A DNA stretch of 64,000 nt from Patescibacteria group bacterium. GTDB taxonomy: Bacteria; Patescibacteriota; Microgenomatia; UBA8517. Shown in pieces: positions 19,922-29,982 of this stretch. Position numbers and translations under genes: made by a program. Each line of letters begins with the position of its first letter. Within the stretch, counting starts at the first letter, position 1. Where the stretch lies: contig AP024680.1 in assembly GCA_025999275.1 (NCBI GenBank), positions 1,957 to 65,956 of the forward strand. Direction: 5' to 3'. The notes beneath the pieces were generated by a model that was not told the DNA's origin, ran no database searches, and saw only the letters and a program-made list of their open reading frames with translations.

Positions 19922-22114
19922 ATGACAGAACTTGTTACTCTTAACTTTAGAATTCCAAGAAATACTGATGTCACACCTGAGGCGGCACAAACTTTCCTTT
20001 CTGCCCTAACGCAGATAAACGCTGTTTCTTTCTGGGAAAAATTAACAGGAGTAGTGCCCCAACCTCTTGCTCTTGAAATTGCTCTCATAAACCAACAAAT
20101 TAGATTTCAAATTACCTGCGACTCTGGCATTGCCCCATTTATTGAAACCCAGCTTCAATCAAACTATCCACTTGTGATTATAGAAAGAGTTGCCGATCCA
20201 CTAACTCGATCAGACCTTTATAAAATCAATCTTCAAAACCTAACAACCACCTCTTTACAACTTAGAAAAGGAAGTTACTACCCAATTGCAACTTTTGATT
20301 CTTTCTCAGAAATTGACCCCCTCTCTTCAATCCTTTCTGTGCTTTCAAAAAGCGATCCGGATGAGTTTGCGTTAATTCAAATTGCACTTGAAGCAACAGA
20401 CTCCTCATGGCAACAAAAAGGAGCATCTTTTGCAGAAAAAGGAACAAAAAATGATGATGGTAGTTATTCCCCAAGATCGGATAAAAATATAATAAATGAA
20501 AAAATCTCTTATACAGGATTTAGGACGTCTATAAGAATTGTTGCAAACCAAACAAAAACCGTAAAAGAATTGGTTAGTGCATTCGGAGTTTTTTCAAGAG
20601 CAGATGGAAATTCTTTCAAAATTAAAAAGAACGGGCTATTTGGATTAAAGAAAGATTCTATTAAAGATGTCATATTAAGAAAAGTAACAGATAACCAGAT
20701 ACTAAACATCAAAGAGCTGGCAACCATTTGGCACTTACCTTCTGAAAAAATAAAAACAACCGGAATTAGCTGGGGCGTCTCAGTCTTATATGAGCCACCC
20801 GACAACCTGCCAATAGCAGTAGATGATGAAAATATCAAAAAGGAAACAAATTTCTTCGCCAAAACATTATTCAAAAACAGAGAGGTTATATTTGGAATCA
20901 AAAACAAAGATAGAATGCGCCATATGTGGGCTGTTGGTAAAACCGGCACAGGTAAATCAACTATGATGGCCAATATGATAATTGATGATTTCAAAAAAGA
21001 TCGAGGTGTTGCCTACATTGATCCGCATGGTGACACCTGTGAGATATTGCTTGATTATATTCCAAGCCACAGAATAAATGATGTCATTTATTTTAATCCT
21101 GCCGACCGTGATTATCCCATTACCCTTAATCCACTTGAGGTTAAAAATAACGAAGAAGCAGAACTAGTAGTTTCAGGTTTAATGAGCATCTTTACCAAAG
21201 TCTGGGCAAATGTTTGGTCTGCAAGAATGGAATACATATTAAGAAATTCGTTTATGACTCTTGCCACCTACCCCAATTCCACTCTTGAGGATGTATTAAA
21301 AATATTGGTCGACAAAAATTTCCGCGATCAAGTCTTGCAAAAAACTACCGATTCGGCTTTGATTCATTTTTGGAGGCAAGAATACGAAAAAATGCCCGAT
21401 CGTCTTCAAAAGGAAGCAATTGCCCCTATTCAAAATAAAGTTGGTCAATTTGTAACCTCACCAATGATAAGACGCATAATCGGTAAATCAAGAAGTACCA
21501 TTTCTCTTGATAAAATAATCAACGAGGAAAAAATTCTACTTGCAAACTTATCTCAAGGAAGACTGGGTGAAGACAATGCAAATCTCTTGGGAGCAATGCT
21601 TATCACCCAAATTCAACTTGCCGCAATGAGGAGAGTTGATATTAAAGCTGAAGAAAGAAAACCCTATTATGTATTTGTTGACGAGTTTCAGAATTTTGCC
21701 ACAGATTCATTTATAAAAATCCTGTCTGAAATTAGAAAATATAACCTTTCCTTAACTCTAGCCAACCAATATATGGCTCAAATCCCCGAAAATGTAAGAA
21801 AAGCAATCTTGGGAAATGCCGGAACAATAATCACATTTTCAGCAGGTGCTGAAGACGCCGCTACCTTAAGCAAAGAATTTGCTGAAGTCTTTTCAGAAAG
21901 CGACCTGGTAAATTTGGCTAATTTCCAGATTGCCATAAAACTAATGATTGATGGACATTCATCAAGGCCTTTCCTTGCCCACACGCTTCCCCTTCCCTTA
22001 TCCAAGAACCAGAACAGACAAAAAGTGATTGAGGTATCAAGGCAAAGGTGGTCAGATAAAAGCAATATCAATCAGCCACCAAATCAAAATTGGAAACAAA
22101 TCAAATTTAGGTAA
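19922..22114 (+). CDS. FtsK/HerA-superfamily ATPase of the T4SS coupling-protein (TrwB/TraD/VirD4) / VirB4 type, with ~300-aa conserved N-terminal domain
   Basis: RMRHMWAVGKTGTGKST (Walker A), YIDPHGD, FNPAD...NPLE, FVDEFQNF (Walker B), RKYNLSLTLANQ, LGNAGTIITF. Paralog of 58510..60843. No N-terminal TM. Confidence 0.65.
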   Translation: MTELVTLNFRIPRNTDVTPEAAQTFLSALTQINAVSFWEKLTGVVPQPLALEIALINQQIRFQITCDSGIAPFIETQLQSNYPLVIIERVADPLTRSDLYKINLQNLTTTSLQLRKGSYYPIATFDSFSEIDPLSSILSVLSKSDPDEFALIQIALEATDSSWQQKGASFAEKGTKNDDGSYSPRSDKNIINEKISYTGFRTSIRIVANQTKTVKELVSAFGVFSRADGNSFKIKKNGLFGLKKDSIKDVILRKVTDNQILNIKELATIWHLPSEKIKTTGISWGVSVLYEPPDNLPIAVDDENIKKETNFFAKTLFKNREVIFGIKNKDRMRHMWAVGKTGTGKSTMMANMIIDDFKKDRGVAYIDPHGDTCEILLDYIPSHRINDVIYFNPADRDYPITLNPLEVKNNEEAELVVSGLMSIFTKVWANVWSARMEYILRNSFMTLATYPNSTLEDVLKILVDKNFRDQVLQKTTDSALIHFWRQEYEKMPDRLQKEAIAPIQNKVGQFVTSPMIRRIIGKSRSTISLDKIINEEKILLANLSQGRLGEDNANLLGAMLITQIQLAAMRRVDIKAEERKPYYVFVDEFQNFATDSFIKILSEIRKYNLSLTLANQYMAQIPENVRKAILGNAGTIITFSAGAEDAATLSKEFAEVFSESDLVNLANFQIAIKLMIDGHSSRPFLAHTLPLPLSKNQNRQKVIEVSRQRWSDKSNINQPPNQNWKQIKFR

Positions 22115-22164
22115 AAGCTACCTAAAATTTGAAAAAGCTCTTTTAAAACCAAAAGGAGGATAAA

Positions 22165-22284
22165 ATGGACTATATTCTACTTGTAGTTGTTCTTTCAATT
22201 TTCCTATGGTTAGTTTTTGTTGTTGCGAATTGGTCAATTACGGTTTCTTTCTACAGAAAATTAATCAATTTGTTCAAAAAATAA
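22165..22284 (+). CDS. 39-aa hydrophobic peptide downstream of the ATPase (not in ORF track)
   Basis: aaggagga RBS 5 nt upstream of the ATG. MDYILLVVVLSIFLWLVFVVANWSITVSFYRKLINLFKK. Followed by a terminator. Confidence 0.4.
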   Translation: MDYILLVVVLSIFLWLVFVVANWSITVSFYRKLINLFKK

Positions 22285-22293
22285 TAATATATT

Positions 22294-22345
22294 TCAAAAG
22301 CCATCCTTTATTTAGGTAAATTTACCTAGCAGAGGATGGCTTTTT
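22294..22345 (+). terminator. rho-independent terminator (second hairpin aacccgc...gcgggtt at 22364-22388)
   Basis: Stem gccatcct/aggatggc followed by tttttt. Confidence 0.6.
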
Positions 22346-23085
22346 TACTTTATAAAAACAAAAACCCGCCTATAAAAGCGGGTTAGACAAAAACTTCAAC
22401 ATCCAAATTATGACCGGGAGAGGTGCCCCGTTTTTTAAACAGTAAAACGGCGACATTAAAACTGGGGTGTGAAACACACTCCTTAGAAAGGAGGTGATCC
22501 ATCCGCCCCTTCCAGGACGGATACCTTGTTACGACTTAATCCTCATCGCTGGTTTCACCTTCTCCCGCCACAGGCGAGATTCGGGTGCCCCCAACTTTGC
22601 TGACTTGACGGGCGGTGTGTACAAGACCTGAGAACGTATTCACCGGAGCTTGGCTGATCTCCGATTACTACCAATTCCGCGTTCATGAGGGCGGGTTTCA
22701 GCCCTCAATCCCCACTGAGAAGCCGTTTGATGAGATTAGCTCCGCGTTACCGCTTGGCAACCCATTGTTAGGCTCCATTGTAGCATGTGTGTCGCCCCGG
22801 ACATAAGGGCCATGCTGACTTGACGTCGTCCCCACTTCCTCCCCGCATGTGCGGGGTTGTCTCCTGTGACCATCTAACACAGGACAGGGGTTGCGCTCGT
22901 TACCCCACTGAAGGGAACACCCCACGGCACGAGCTGACGACAGCCATGCAACACCTGTCTCGCCTTCCTTAATTACTTAAGGATTGTCTCTTATTTCTAA
23001 GAAACTATACGGCGGGATGTCAAACCCGGGTAAGGTTCTTCGGTTCGTCTCGAATTAAACCACATGCTCCACTGGTTGTGCAGGT

Positions 23086-23135
<50 letters not shown>

Positions 23136-23888
23136 CTCGCTTAACGCGTTAGCTTACACCCCGTACCAAAAGGCACAGGGCTAGCGAGCATAAGTTTACG
23201 GCTAGGACTACAGGGGTCTCTAATCCCTTTCGCTCCCCTAGCTTTCGTGTCTCAGCGTCAAGAAACCCCCAGCTACCTGTCTTCACCCTTGGCGTTCCTT
23301 ATCATATCAACGGATTTCACCCCTACATGATAAGTTCCAGTAGCCCCTAAGTTCTTCAATTCTGGCAGTATTGAATCCACTCCTGAGGTTGAGCCCCAGT
23401 CTTTAAGATTCAACTTACCAGAACGCCTACACACTCTTTACGCCCAATAAATCCGGGCAACGCTCGCACCCTACGTCTTACCGCAGCTGCTGGCACGTAG
23501 TTAGCGGGTGCTTATTCGCCAAGGCTTATCAACCTTGGCAAAAGTGGTTTACAACCCTAAGGCCTTCATCCCACACGCGGCGTCGCGGCGTCAGACTTTC
23601 GTCCATTGCGCACGATTCCCAGTTGCTGCCACCCGTAGGTGTATGGGCCGTGTCTCAGTCCCATTCTGGGGGGTCAGACTCTCATCTCCCCTAACCGTCA
23701 TAGCCTTGGTGGGCCATTACCCCACCAACTAGCTGATGGTCCGCAAGCTCCTCCACAAGCGAGCAGTTAAGCCCTTTGGTGCATAGCACCACATGCGGTA
23801 TTAGCCCCGCTTTCGCGGGGGTATTCCCCACTTGTGGGTAGATTCTTACGTGTTACTCAGCCGTTCGCGACTGTCCGTAGGACAGAAC

Positions 23889-24380
23889 ATTTAACAATTA
23901 ACACATAACATTTAACAATTAGCTGTTAACATTTAACTTTTAACAATTGGTTTAGAGAGTTAGGAAAGAAGTTTCTTAGAAAGGCCACCAAGCTGTTTTT
24001 GCTATAATCAAAGCTTTATCTACCAATGTTAGATATTTCTCTTTAGACAATAATTCAAGCGATAAAGCAAGATCAAGACAAGAAACAACTTCACTAATAG
24101 AACCTAGGGCATTCTGAATATATCTCCTAAAATCCTTATCAGTACCCTTTGCAGAACCTTCTGCTATATCAAGACAAACAGAAATTGAGGCTCTTACTAA
24201 TTGATCTGCCAAACTCTTATCCTTCATACGCCAACCTCTTGCGAGAAGATATATATCACGATTGAATGCTTTAGATTCTTGGTAAACCTTAAATTTTAGA
24301 AATCTAAAGACTTCCATTATCTTATTTTAACTTTAATAGTTAACAGTTAAAAGCGTAAAACGTGTGTTAATTTGTTAATT
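23889..24380 (-). other. intervening sequence in 16S helix 6 carrying an ORF; flanks form a long imperfect inverted-repeat stem
   Basis: Exon sequence ...GCATGCAAGTGGGACGGTCCGTAGGACCGAGC | insert | GTTCTGTCCTACGGACAGTCGCGAACGGCTGAGTAACACGT. Insert ends ttaacaaattaacaca.../...ctgttaacatttaac are mutually complementary. Boundaries are approximate (±10 nt). Confidence 0.6.
23976..24317 (-). CDS. four-helix-bundle protein (23S rRNA intervening-sequence protein family, PF05635/TIGR02436-like) encoded inside the 16S IVS
   Basis: 113 aa. ...SISVCLDIAEGSAKGTDKDFRRYIQNALGSISEV... matches the family NIAEG-F/Y core. Confidence 0.75.
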   Translation of the reverse strand: MEVFRFLKFKVYQESKAFNRDIYLLARGWRMKDKSLADQLVRASISVCLDIAEGSAKGTDKDFRRYIQNALGSISEVVSCLDLALSLELLSKEKYLTLVDKALIIAKTAWWPF

Positions 24381-24605
24381 GCTCGGTCCTACGGACCGTC
24401 CCACTTGCATGCTTAAGGCACGCCGCTAGCGTTCGCCCTGGGCCAGGATCAAACCCTCAAAAAGCGACGGAGGTATGTTTGCTTTGACTTGCAACATACT
24501 CGTCATCCACACAAGCAAAGCTTGTGTCCTGCATATACAGGTCTCCCAGTCATAATTTGAACGTTGAAATATTCAATTTTCAAAGTGCAAAAGCTTTGAA
24601 AACCT

Positions 24606-24636
24606 AAAAAACCCACCAGACGGTGGGTTTCTTAAG
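24606..24636 (-). terminator. hairpin + U-tract (minus strand) between RRM gene and 16S
   Basis: Plus-strand aaaaaacccaccagacggtgggtttctt; read on the minus strand this is stem cccacc/ggtggg followed by tttttt. Confidence 0.45.
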
Positions 24637-24705
24637 ATTTGCCCGAAGGCAAAATCGTCTGGTTATCAACAGCTTTTCATCTCTAAAGCCACAACAAAGT
24701 GGCAA

Positions 24706-24738
24706 GAAATATTCTATCACAGAAGAGATTTAAGTCAA
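24706..24738 (-). promoter_or_regulatory. candidate sigma70-type promoter for 16S (TTGACT-16-TAGAAT on minus strand)
   Basis: Reverse complement ttgacttaaatctcttctgtgatagaat. About 240 nt upstream of the 16S 5' end. Confidence 0.3.
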
Positions 24739-24754
24739 TATCTTAAAACCTAAA

Positions 24755-25018
24755 TTATCTCTCCTTTGGAGGTCTGGCCACATTGACAACCAAGTTTCTA
24801 CCTCCCATATCTTTTCCATTCATTTTTTCAACCGCTGAACTGGCAGCCTCCTCTGTCGCAAAGGTAACAAAACCAAAACCTTTTGATCGGCCGGAGTATT
24901 TATCACTAATTACTACAGCATCAATTACTTCACCAAACTCGCTAAAAACTTTTCTTAACTCATCAGCATTAACAGAGTAAGGCAAATTGCCTACATACAG
25001 CTTCTTTTTATCTTCCAA
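24755..25018 (-). CDS. RRM-domain RNA-binding protein
   Basis: RNP-2 LYVGNL and RNP-1 KGFGFVTF. 87 aa. Confidence 0.8.
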   Translation of the reverse strand: MEDKKKLYVGNLPYSVNADELRKVFSEFGEVIDAVVISDKYSGRSKGFGFVTFATEEAASSAVEKMNGKDMGGRNLVVNVARPPKER

Positions 25019-25154
25019 AATTTCTCACCCCCTCAAAATATCTTTCAGTGAGAATACTTTTGGAGGAATCTGCCTTACAAAAGGAGAACCGCCAAGAAGT
25101 AATTCTTCTTCAAGACAAAATCATTATACACAAAAGCAAATGCTTTGTATAGTA

Positions 25155-25802
25155 TCAGTTTTTTTTGCTATTTCTTTTTGACTTTATGTACTCAAAAACA
25201 ATAGGCAAAACAGAAATTAGAATTATTGCCAAAACCACTAAAGAAAAATGTTCCCTAACTTGAGGAATATTGCCAAACCAATAACCTGCCAGAGTAAAAA
25301 CAAAAGTCCACACAAAACCACCAAAAATATTGTAGCTTATAAATTTTCCATAATGCATCTTGCCCACTCCTGCTACAAAAGGAGCAAAAGTGCGAACAAT
25401 GGGAACAAATCTTGCTAAGAAAATTGTCTTACCTCCATGTTTTTTATAAAATTCCTGAGTTTTGTCTATATGTTCCTGATTAATAAAAGGAATTTTTGGA
25501 TTATCAACTATTTTCTGCCCAAAAAAATGCCCTATCCAATAATTGACAGTATCCCCCAAAACAGCAGCGGCAAAGAGAATCAAAAGAAGCCAAGTTAAAT
25601 GAAGCGAACCCAAAGCAGCAAAAGCACCGGCTGCAAAAAGAAGCGAATCTCCAGGCAAAAATGGGGTAAAAACAAAACCAGTTTCAGCAAAAATAATAAA
25701 AAAAAGAATTAGATGAGTTAATGTCCCATATTGGGAAATAATTTCACCCAAATGGGTATCAATATGCAGAATAAACTCAAAGATTCCTGTCAAAAACGAC
25801 AT
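25155..25802 (-). CDS. DedA-family membrane protein
   Basis: GDSLLF and RFVPIVRTFAPFVAGV signature. 215 aa. Confidence 0.8.
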   Translation of the reverse strand: MSFLTGIFEFILHIDTHLGEIISQYGTLTHLILFFIIFAETGFVFTPFLPGDSLLFAAGAFAALGSLHLTWLLLILFAAAVLGDTVNYWIGHFFGQKIVDNPKIPFINQEHIDKTQEFYKKHGGKTIFLARFVPIVRTFAPFVAGVGKMHYGKFISYNIFGGFVWTFVFTLAGYWFGNIPQVREHFSLVVLAIILISVLPIVFEYIKSKRNSKKN

Positions 25803-25911
25803 ACAGATTTAATTTGTATCTTTTTTAGAGGTAAATTGCAAGAGGAAAAATTTCCTAACCTCCTAACTCCAGGAGTTAATTAGCTTCCAACAATGGGTAT
25901 TTCTACCTAAC

Positions 25912-27402
25912 TCATTCGTAAACCAACCTACCCTCAACTTCCCGCGAAGTATTTTGATTATTTTTAAACCACTCCTCCAGCACCTGTTGTGCAGAAGTGG
26001 AGACAACTTTAGAATCGCCACTTACCATAAGTTCATCTTGGCTAATATTTAAATATTCCCGGCAATTATTAAAATGATAACCCTGCATACACAATGTATA
26101 AAATTTAGTCTTGTCAACAGGGGCACCATCAATCATTAAAGATTCTAGTTTATGAAGCTTATCAGAATAAACTGCACGAACTTTTGAATTCACCTGATAA
26201 CACTCTCCTTCCCCATCCCTGTTCTCGGTTCTCATAATGTACTCAAAGATCCTCCAGAGATCTGCGCCACTCACCTTAAACCGCCTTAAGACATCATCAT
26301 AAGGAAAACAAGCAAGAAAATCTCTCAGGTTGACAGCAGGCCCCAGTTCTTTTACCCTAATTGAGCCGCTTCCAACCAGCATAACATCAGATTCACTGCT
26401 TTGGGCAAAAGCATCAGCGATCAAATTGCCAAGAGAAGTTTCTACTTCACGCTTGGGATGAGTTAATTTTTTGGCAAGTTTAGTTAAAATGACATTATAC
26501 TTTCTGTCAACCTCACTCTTGAAAGAATAAATGTATTCCTCAAGCTTCTTGTCTGGTTTGGCAATTTTGTTGTTTATGGGAATTAACTGCCACCTATAAT
26601 CAACAATACTGTTGGTATCATCATCAACAACAATATCAAATCTGCCAATTTGATCCGTGCCAACTCCGGCCTGGGCAATAAGAATATTATTAACTTTTGT
26701 CGGTTTATCCAAAATTGTATGAGAATGGCCACCAATTATTATATCCACTCCCCACTCCGGCTTTAGAAGCTTGGCAAGCTTAATATCAGACTCATAACCA
26801 ATATGAGTCAAAAGAATTGTCAAATCTATATCATCATTTTTATAGGCATTGCAGATTTTACCAACTTCACGGCTAGCCTCCTCCACCCCCACAAAAGTGC
26901 CAATAAGTCTATCCTGCTTTATTGAATCCATAATTTTCTCGGTAATAATTCCTGTAAAGAGAATATCAAAGCCAGCTTTCTTGATAATGATATAGGGAGT
27001 CAAGATACGCCGGTTATTTTTGGTGATATAAAGATTGGCATTAACTAAAGGAAAATTCGCCATCTTTTCCAAAAAAAGAAGGTGTGGCAAACCATAATCA
27101 ACTTCATGGTTACCTATTGCAACAACATCAGGGGCAAGATAGTTCATAATCTCAATTGTGGAGCAACCTTTCCATTCAGAATCAATTAAAGATCCTTGAA
27201 GCATGTCGCCTGAGATAACATACAAGACATTTTCCTCCTCTTTCCTAACCTTATTAATATAACCTGAAAGAAGCGAAAGGCCACCAATTAGTGTCTTTTT
27301 CTTATTTCTAATCTTAGTTCTTGAAGTCTCACTTTTAACCTCAGCCAAGAAATCTCCATGCATATCATTTGAATGCAGGATTACAAATTTCTTGGTGTTC
27401 AT
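25912..27402 (-). CDS. bifunctional metallophosphatase/5'-nucleotidase family protein
   Basis: ILHSNDMHGDF, GNHEVDYG, GGHSH calcineurin-like motifs plus 5'-nucleotidase C-terminal region. 496 aa. Confidence 0.75.
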   Translation of the reverse strand: MNTKKFVILHSNDMHGDFLAEVKSETSRTKIRNKKKTLIGGLSLLSGYINKVRKEEENVLYVISGDMLQGSLIDSEWKGCSTIEIMNYLAPDVVAIGNHEVDYGLPHLLFLEKMANFPLVNANLYITKNNRRILTPYIIIKKAGFDILFTGIITEKIMDSIKQDRLIGTFVGVEEASREVGKICNAYKNDDIDLTILLTHIGYESDIKLAKLLKPEWGVDIIIGGHSHTILDKPTKVNNILIAQAGVGTDQIGRFDIVVDDDTNSIVDYRWQLIPINNKIAKPDKKLEEYIYSFKSEVDRKYNVILTKLAKKLTHPKREVETSLGNLIADAFAQSSESDVMLVGSGSIRVKELGPAVNLRDFLACFPYDDVLRRFKVSGADLWRIFEYIMRTENRDGEGECYQVNSKVRAVYSDKLHKLESLMIDGAPVDKTKFYTLCMQGYHFNNCREYLNISQDELMVSGDSKVVSTSAQQVLEEWFKNNQNTSREVEGRLVYE

Positions 27403-27515
27403 TAATAATATTATAGCAAGAAGGTACTAATTCCGAGATTTAAACCAATTCAAATAATAAGCTGGTAAAAGAAATAAGTTGTCTCTCTTTTCTGGCAGAA
27501 CAACACACTAAAAAC

Positions 27516-28445
27516 CTATGGTTGAAATATCCACTCAGGCAAAAAACGAACTTCGCGAACTTCTGGGAATTGCTTTGCCGTTGCTTCAATCTGCAACCAC
27601 AAAATTCTTACTCTACAAGCCCCACCGACAGTTTTGTTTTGAGAATCGTTAAATTCAAGGGTCAAAATTCCGTTTCTTAAAGACGCACTTTTTAACGAAA
27701 ATCCATCCAAAGGATATTCTGTGGTAATACCCCGATTAATTTCTTCTTGAGTCAAATTCTCCTTGCCTTTAAGCAAAAGTTTAACGGTTTCTTGAATCGG
27801 CGTCTTGGAAACAGAAATTTCCCTTTCGACCGGCACTATTCCATCCTGAGAACATTTTACGCTACCGTTTGCGTCTTTATCTTTTTCCGGCTGGTAGTAA
27901 TACAATTTGACATTTCTAGTTTGAGGGGAAAATTGAGAGAAGAAAATAGGCATACGAAGCTCGTCTGCGTATTCTGGCAAACCAGAAGGATTACTCTTTT
28001 CCAAAACCAAAAAACCCCTTTGAGTAACTGGAACTGGAAAATCAATTCGCGCCTCAAAAGGCACAAATTCTTTTGTCGTCCAATCATCTAGCGCCAAAGC
28101 ATGAGTTTGAGCCAAAATCTTGCCGTTTTCGTCCAAAAGTTTCATCGGAAAGACTGATTCAAAAAACCAAAAACCCCGTGCTTTTCCTTTAACAATCAGG
28201 GGATTAGAAACTAAATCATTGGCACGAGGAGATTCAACTTGAATCAAATCTTCCTTGGGGCAAGCCTCAAATTCGCATTTTGGTCCAACCCGGCTAACAT
28301 ATGTGCCATCTGAACAAAGCTTAGCACCCTCCGTACAGGCAACCGGTTTATCACCAACAATAAATTTCAACACCAACCGACTTAAGCCCCACCAAGATAC
28401 TACCAAACCAACCAAAATTATTAAAGTAATAAAAAACTTTTTCAT
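27516..28445 (-). CDS. membrane-anchored secreted protein with C-terminal GerMN-like domain
   Basis: N-terminal TM/signal. C-terminal ...GILTLEFNDSQ...ATAKQFPEVREVRF resembles GerMN. Confidence 0.4.
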   Translation of the reverse strand: MKKFFITLIILVGLVVSWWGLSRLVLKFIVGDKPVACTEGAKLCSDGTYVSRVGPKCEFEACPKEDLIQVESPRANDLVSNPLIVKGKARGFWFFESVFPMKLLDENGKILAQTHALALDDWTTKEFVPFEARIDFPVPVTQRGFLVLEKSNPSGLPEYADELRMPIFFSQFSPQTRNVKLYYYQPEKDKDANGSVKCSQDGIVPVEREISVSKTPIQETVKLLLKGKENLTQEEINRGITTEYPLDGFSLKSASLRNGILTLEFNDSQNKTVGGACRVRILWLQIEATAKQFPEVREVRFLPEWIFQP

Positions 28446-28614
28446 TTTTTGTTTGAGATAATTATCCGATTTTTTATCCAGTGTTTGGAGCTTCTTGTAT
28501 TTCGAAGTATGCCAGTTTGAATGATGCAGTGCATTTTAAATTCTTTTCATCTGGGCAATTATTTATTCTTTTTTATGCTGACAAAAATCAGGCAGAATTT
28601 CAGGTTGTCCTAAA

Positions 28615-28688
28615 TGGCTGCGGGGCAGGGATTCGAACCCCGATTAACGGATCCAAAGTCCGCTGTCCTACCCTTAGACGACCCCGCA
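28615..28688 (-). tRNA. tRNA-Gln (anticodon TTG)
   Basis: Acceptor TGCGGGG/CCCCGCA. Anticodon loop cTTTGGa. TTCGAAT T-loop. 3' GCCA. Confidence 0.7.
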
Positions 28689-28816
28689 ATAAAAAACATT
28701 AAAGCATCAAAATTATATCAAAAGACTAGTTTTTTTAAAACTTGAATGGTAAAATAAACCCTGCTAAATTACAATCTTGGACAGGGTCCGACCCTGTACC
28801 AAGCATCAAGTATTCT

Positions 28817-28889
28817 GGGCCCGTAGCTCAATGGCAGAGCGCCAGCCTTTTAAGCTGGGCGTTGGAGGTTCGAGTCCTCCCGGGCTCAC
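28817..28889 (+). tRNA. tRNA-Lys (anticodon TTT)
   Basis: Acceptor GGGCCCG/CGGGCTC. Anticodon loop cTTTTAa. TTCGAGT T-loop. Confidence 0.8.
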
Positions 28890-28989
28890 CCTTCGGAGAA
28901 TTGGGATAAAATTTGAGTTTTGTAAATTTAAAAGGGAGAAAAGCACCTCAAAGTAAAACTACAAATAATAAATCAGAAGTTATACAATT

Positions 28990-29324
28990 TTTTCAAATTT
29001 AAATCCTAATATCTAAATCCTTGCCTGCCAGCAGATCAAGATACCGCCATGCAGACAGGCAAAACTAAAAATTAAAATTTATTTGATATATAGAAAAAAA
29101 TTACTTTTAACTTTTACATCTTGCCTTTTATCTTTGTTGTGCCAGGTGTCAACCTATTTTGGAGGAAGGTGCCAACCTGAGACACCCTAAGGGTGGCAAG
29201 CTAAACAAAAATACCAGCCCCAGTCTGGTAATTTTGACTTTTGAATTTTAACTTTTGAATTATTTTATTCTTAAATCTTAAATCGTAAATCTTAATTCTT
29301 TTACCCCCCTTACTACTATTTTTG
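28990..29324. repeat. R-family repeat copy adjacent to tRNA-Glu
   Basis: ttttgacttttgaattttaacttttgaattattttattcttaaatcttaaatcgtaaatcttaattctttt...tactac is near-identical to 13861-13950. Also ggtgtcaacct...gacaccc as in 55440-55500. Confidence 0.65.
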
Positions 29325-29397
29325 TGACGCTACCGGGATTCGAACCCGGGTTTGCGGGATGAAAGCCCGCTGTCCTAGGCCTCTAGACGATAGCGCC
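29325..29397 (-). tRNA. tRNA-Glu (anticodon TTC)
   Basis: D-loop TCTAGAGGCCTAGGACA typical of tRNA-Glu. Anticodon loop cTTTCAt. Confidence 0.8.
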
Positions 29398-29445
29398 AGG
29401 CAAACAATTTTAACATTTAAAGCAAATTAATGCTAGAATAGCTTT

Positions 29446-29982
29446 ATGGAAAAATTAAAAGCAAAAGATTTAAGAAAGAAAAAGGCCGACAAGACCTTGC
29501 TTAAAAAAATCAAAAGAACTCCTATCTATTTTATTCTTGATGAAATTCTTGATACTTATAACATTGGATCTTTATTTCGGCTTGCTGATGCAGTTGCCGC
29601 CCAAAAAATTTATCTCTGTGGCAATATGGATTTTCCACCCTCATCAAGAATACATAAAGCCGCTGTTGGAACTGAAAACTGGATCAGTTGGGAAAAAAGA
29701 GATTCAGCTCTTGAGGTGGTCAAGGAATTAAAAAATAAAGGAGTGCAAATAATATCCGTTGAGCAACACAAAAATTCTATCCCCTACTCCCAAATATCAA
29801 GCCATTTAAAATTTCCTTGTGCAATTGTTGTCGGTAATGAAACATATGGTGTCAAAGAAGAAGTTCTAAAAGAATCAGATTTAATAGTTGAACTGCCAAT
29901 GCTTGGAATTAATCACTCTTTTAATGTTTGGGGTTCAGCTGCGGTTATTGCCTACAAAATACTTGAGAAAATCAAAATCTAA
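29446..29982 (+). CDS. SpoU/TrmH-family RNA 2'-O-methyltransferase
   Basis: SPOUT C-terminal motifs (VVGNETYGV; [18 protein letters not shown]). Confidence 0.75.
   Translation: MEKLKAKDLRKKKADKTLLKKIKRTPIYFILDEILDTYNIGSLFRLADAVAAQKIYLCGNMDFPPSSRIHKAAVGTENWISWEKRDSALEVVKELKNKGVQIISVEQHKNSIPYSQISSHLKFPCAIVVGNETYGVKEEVLKESDLIVELPMLGINHSFNVWGSAAVIAYKILEKIKI

Noticed and set aside
28481-28702. Track ORF 28481..28702(+) and 28255..28461(+)
   Set aside because: They overlap tRNA-Gln or run antisense to the GerMN-protein gene. No RBS or motifs.
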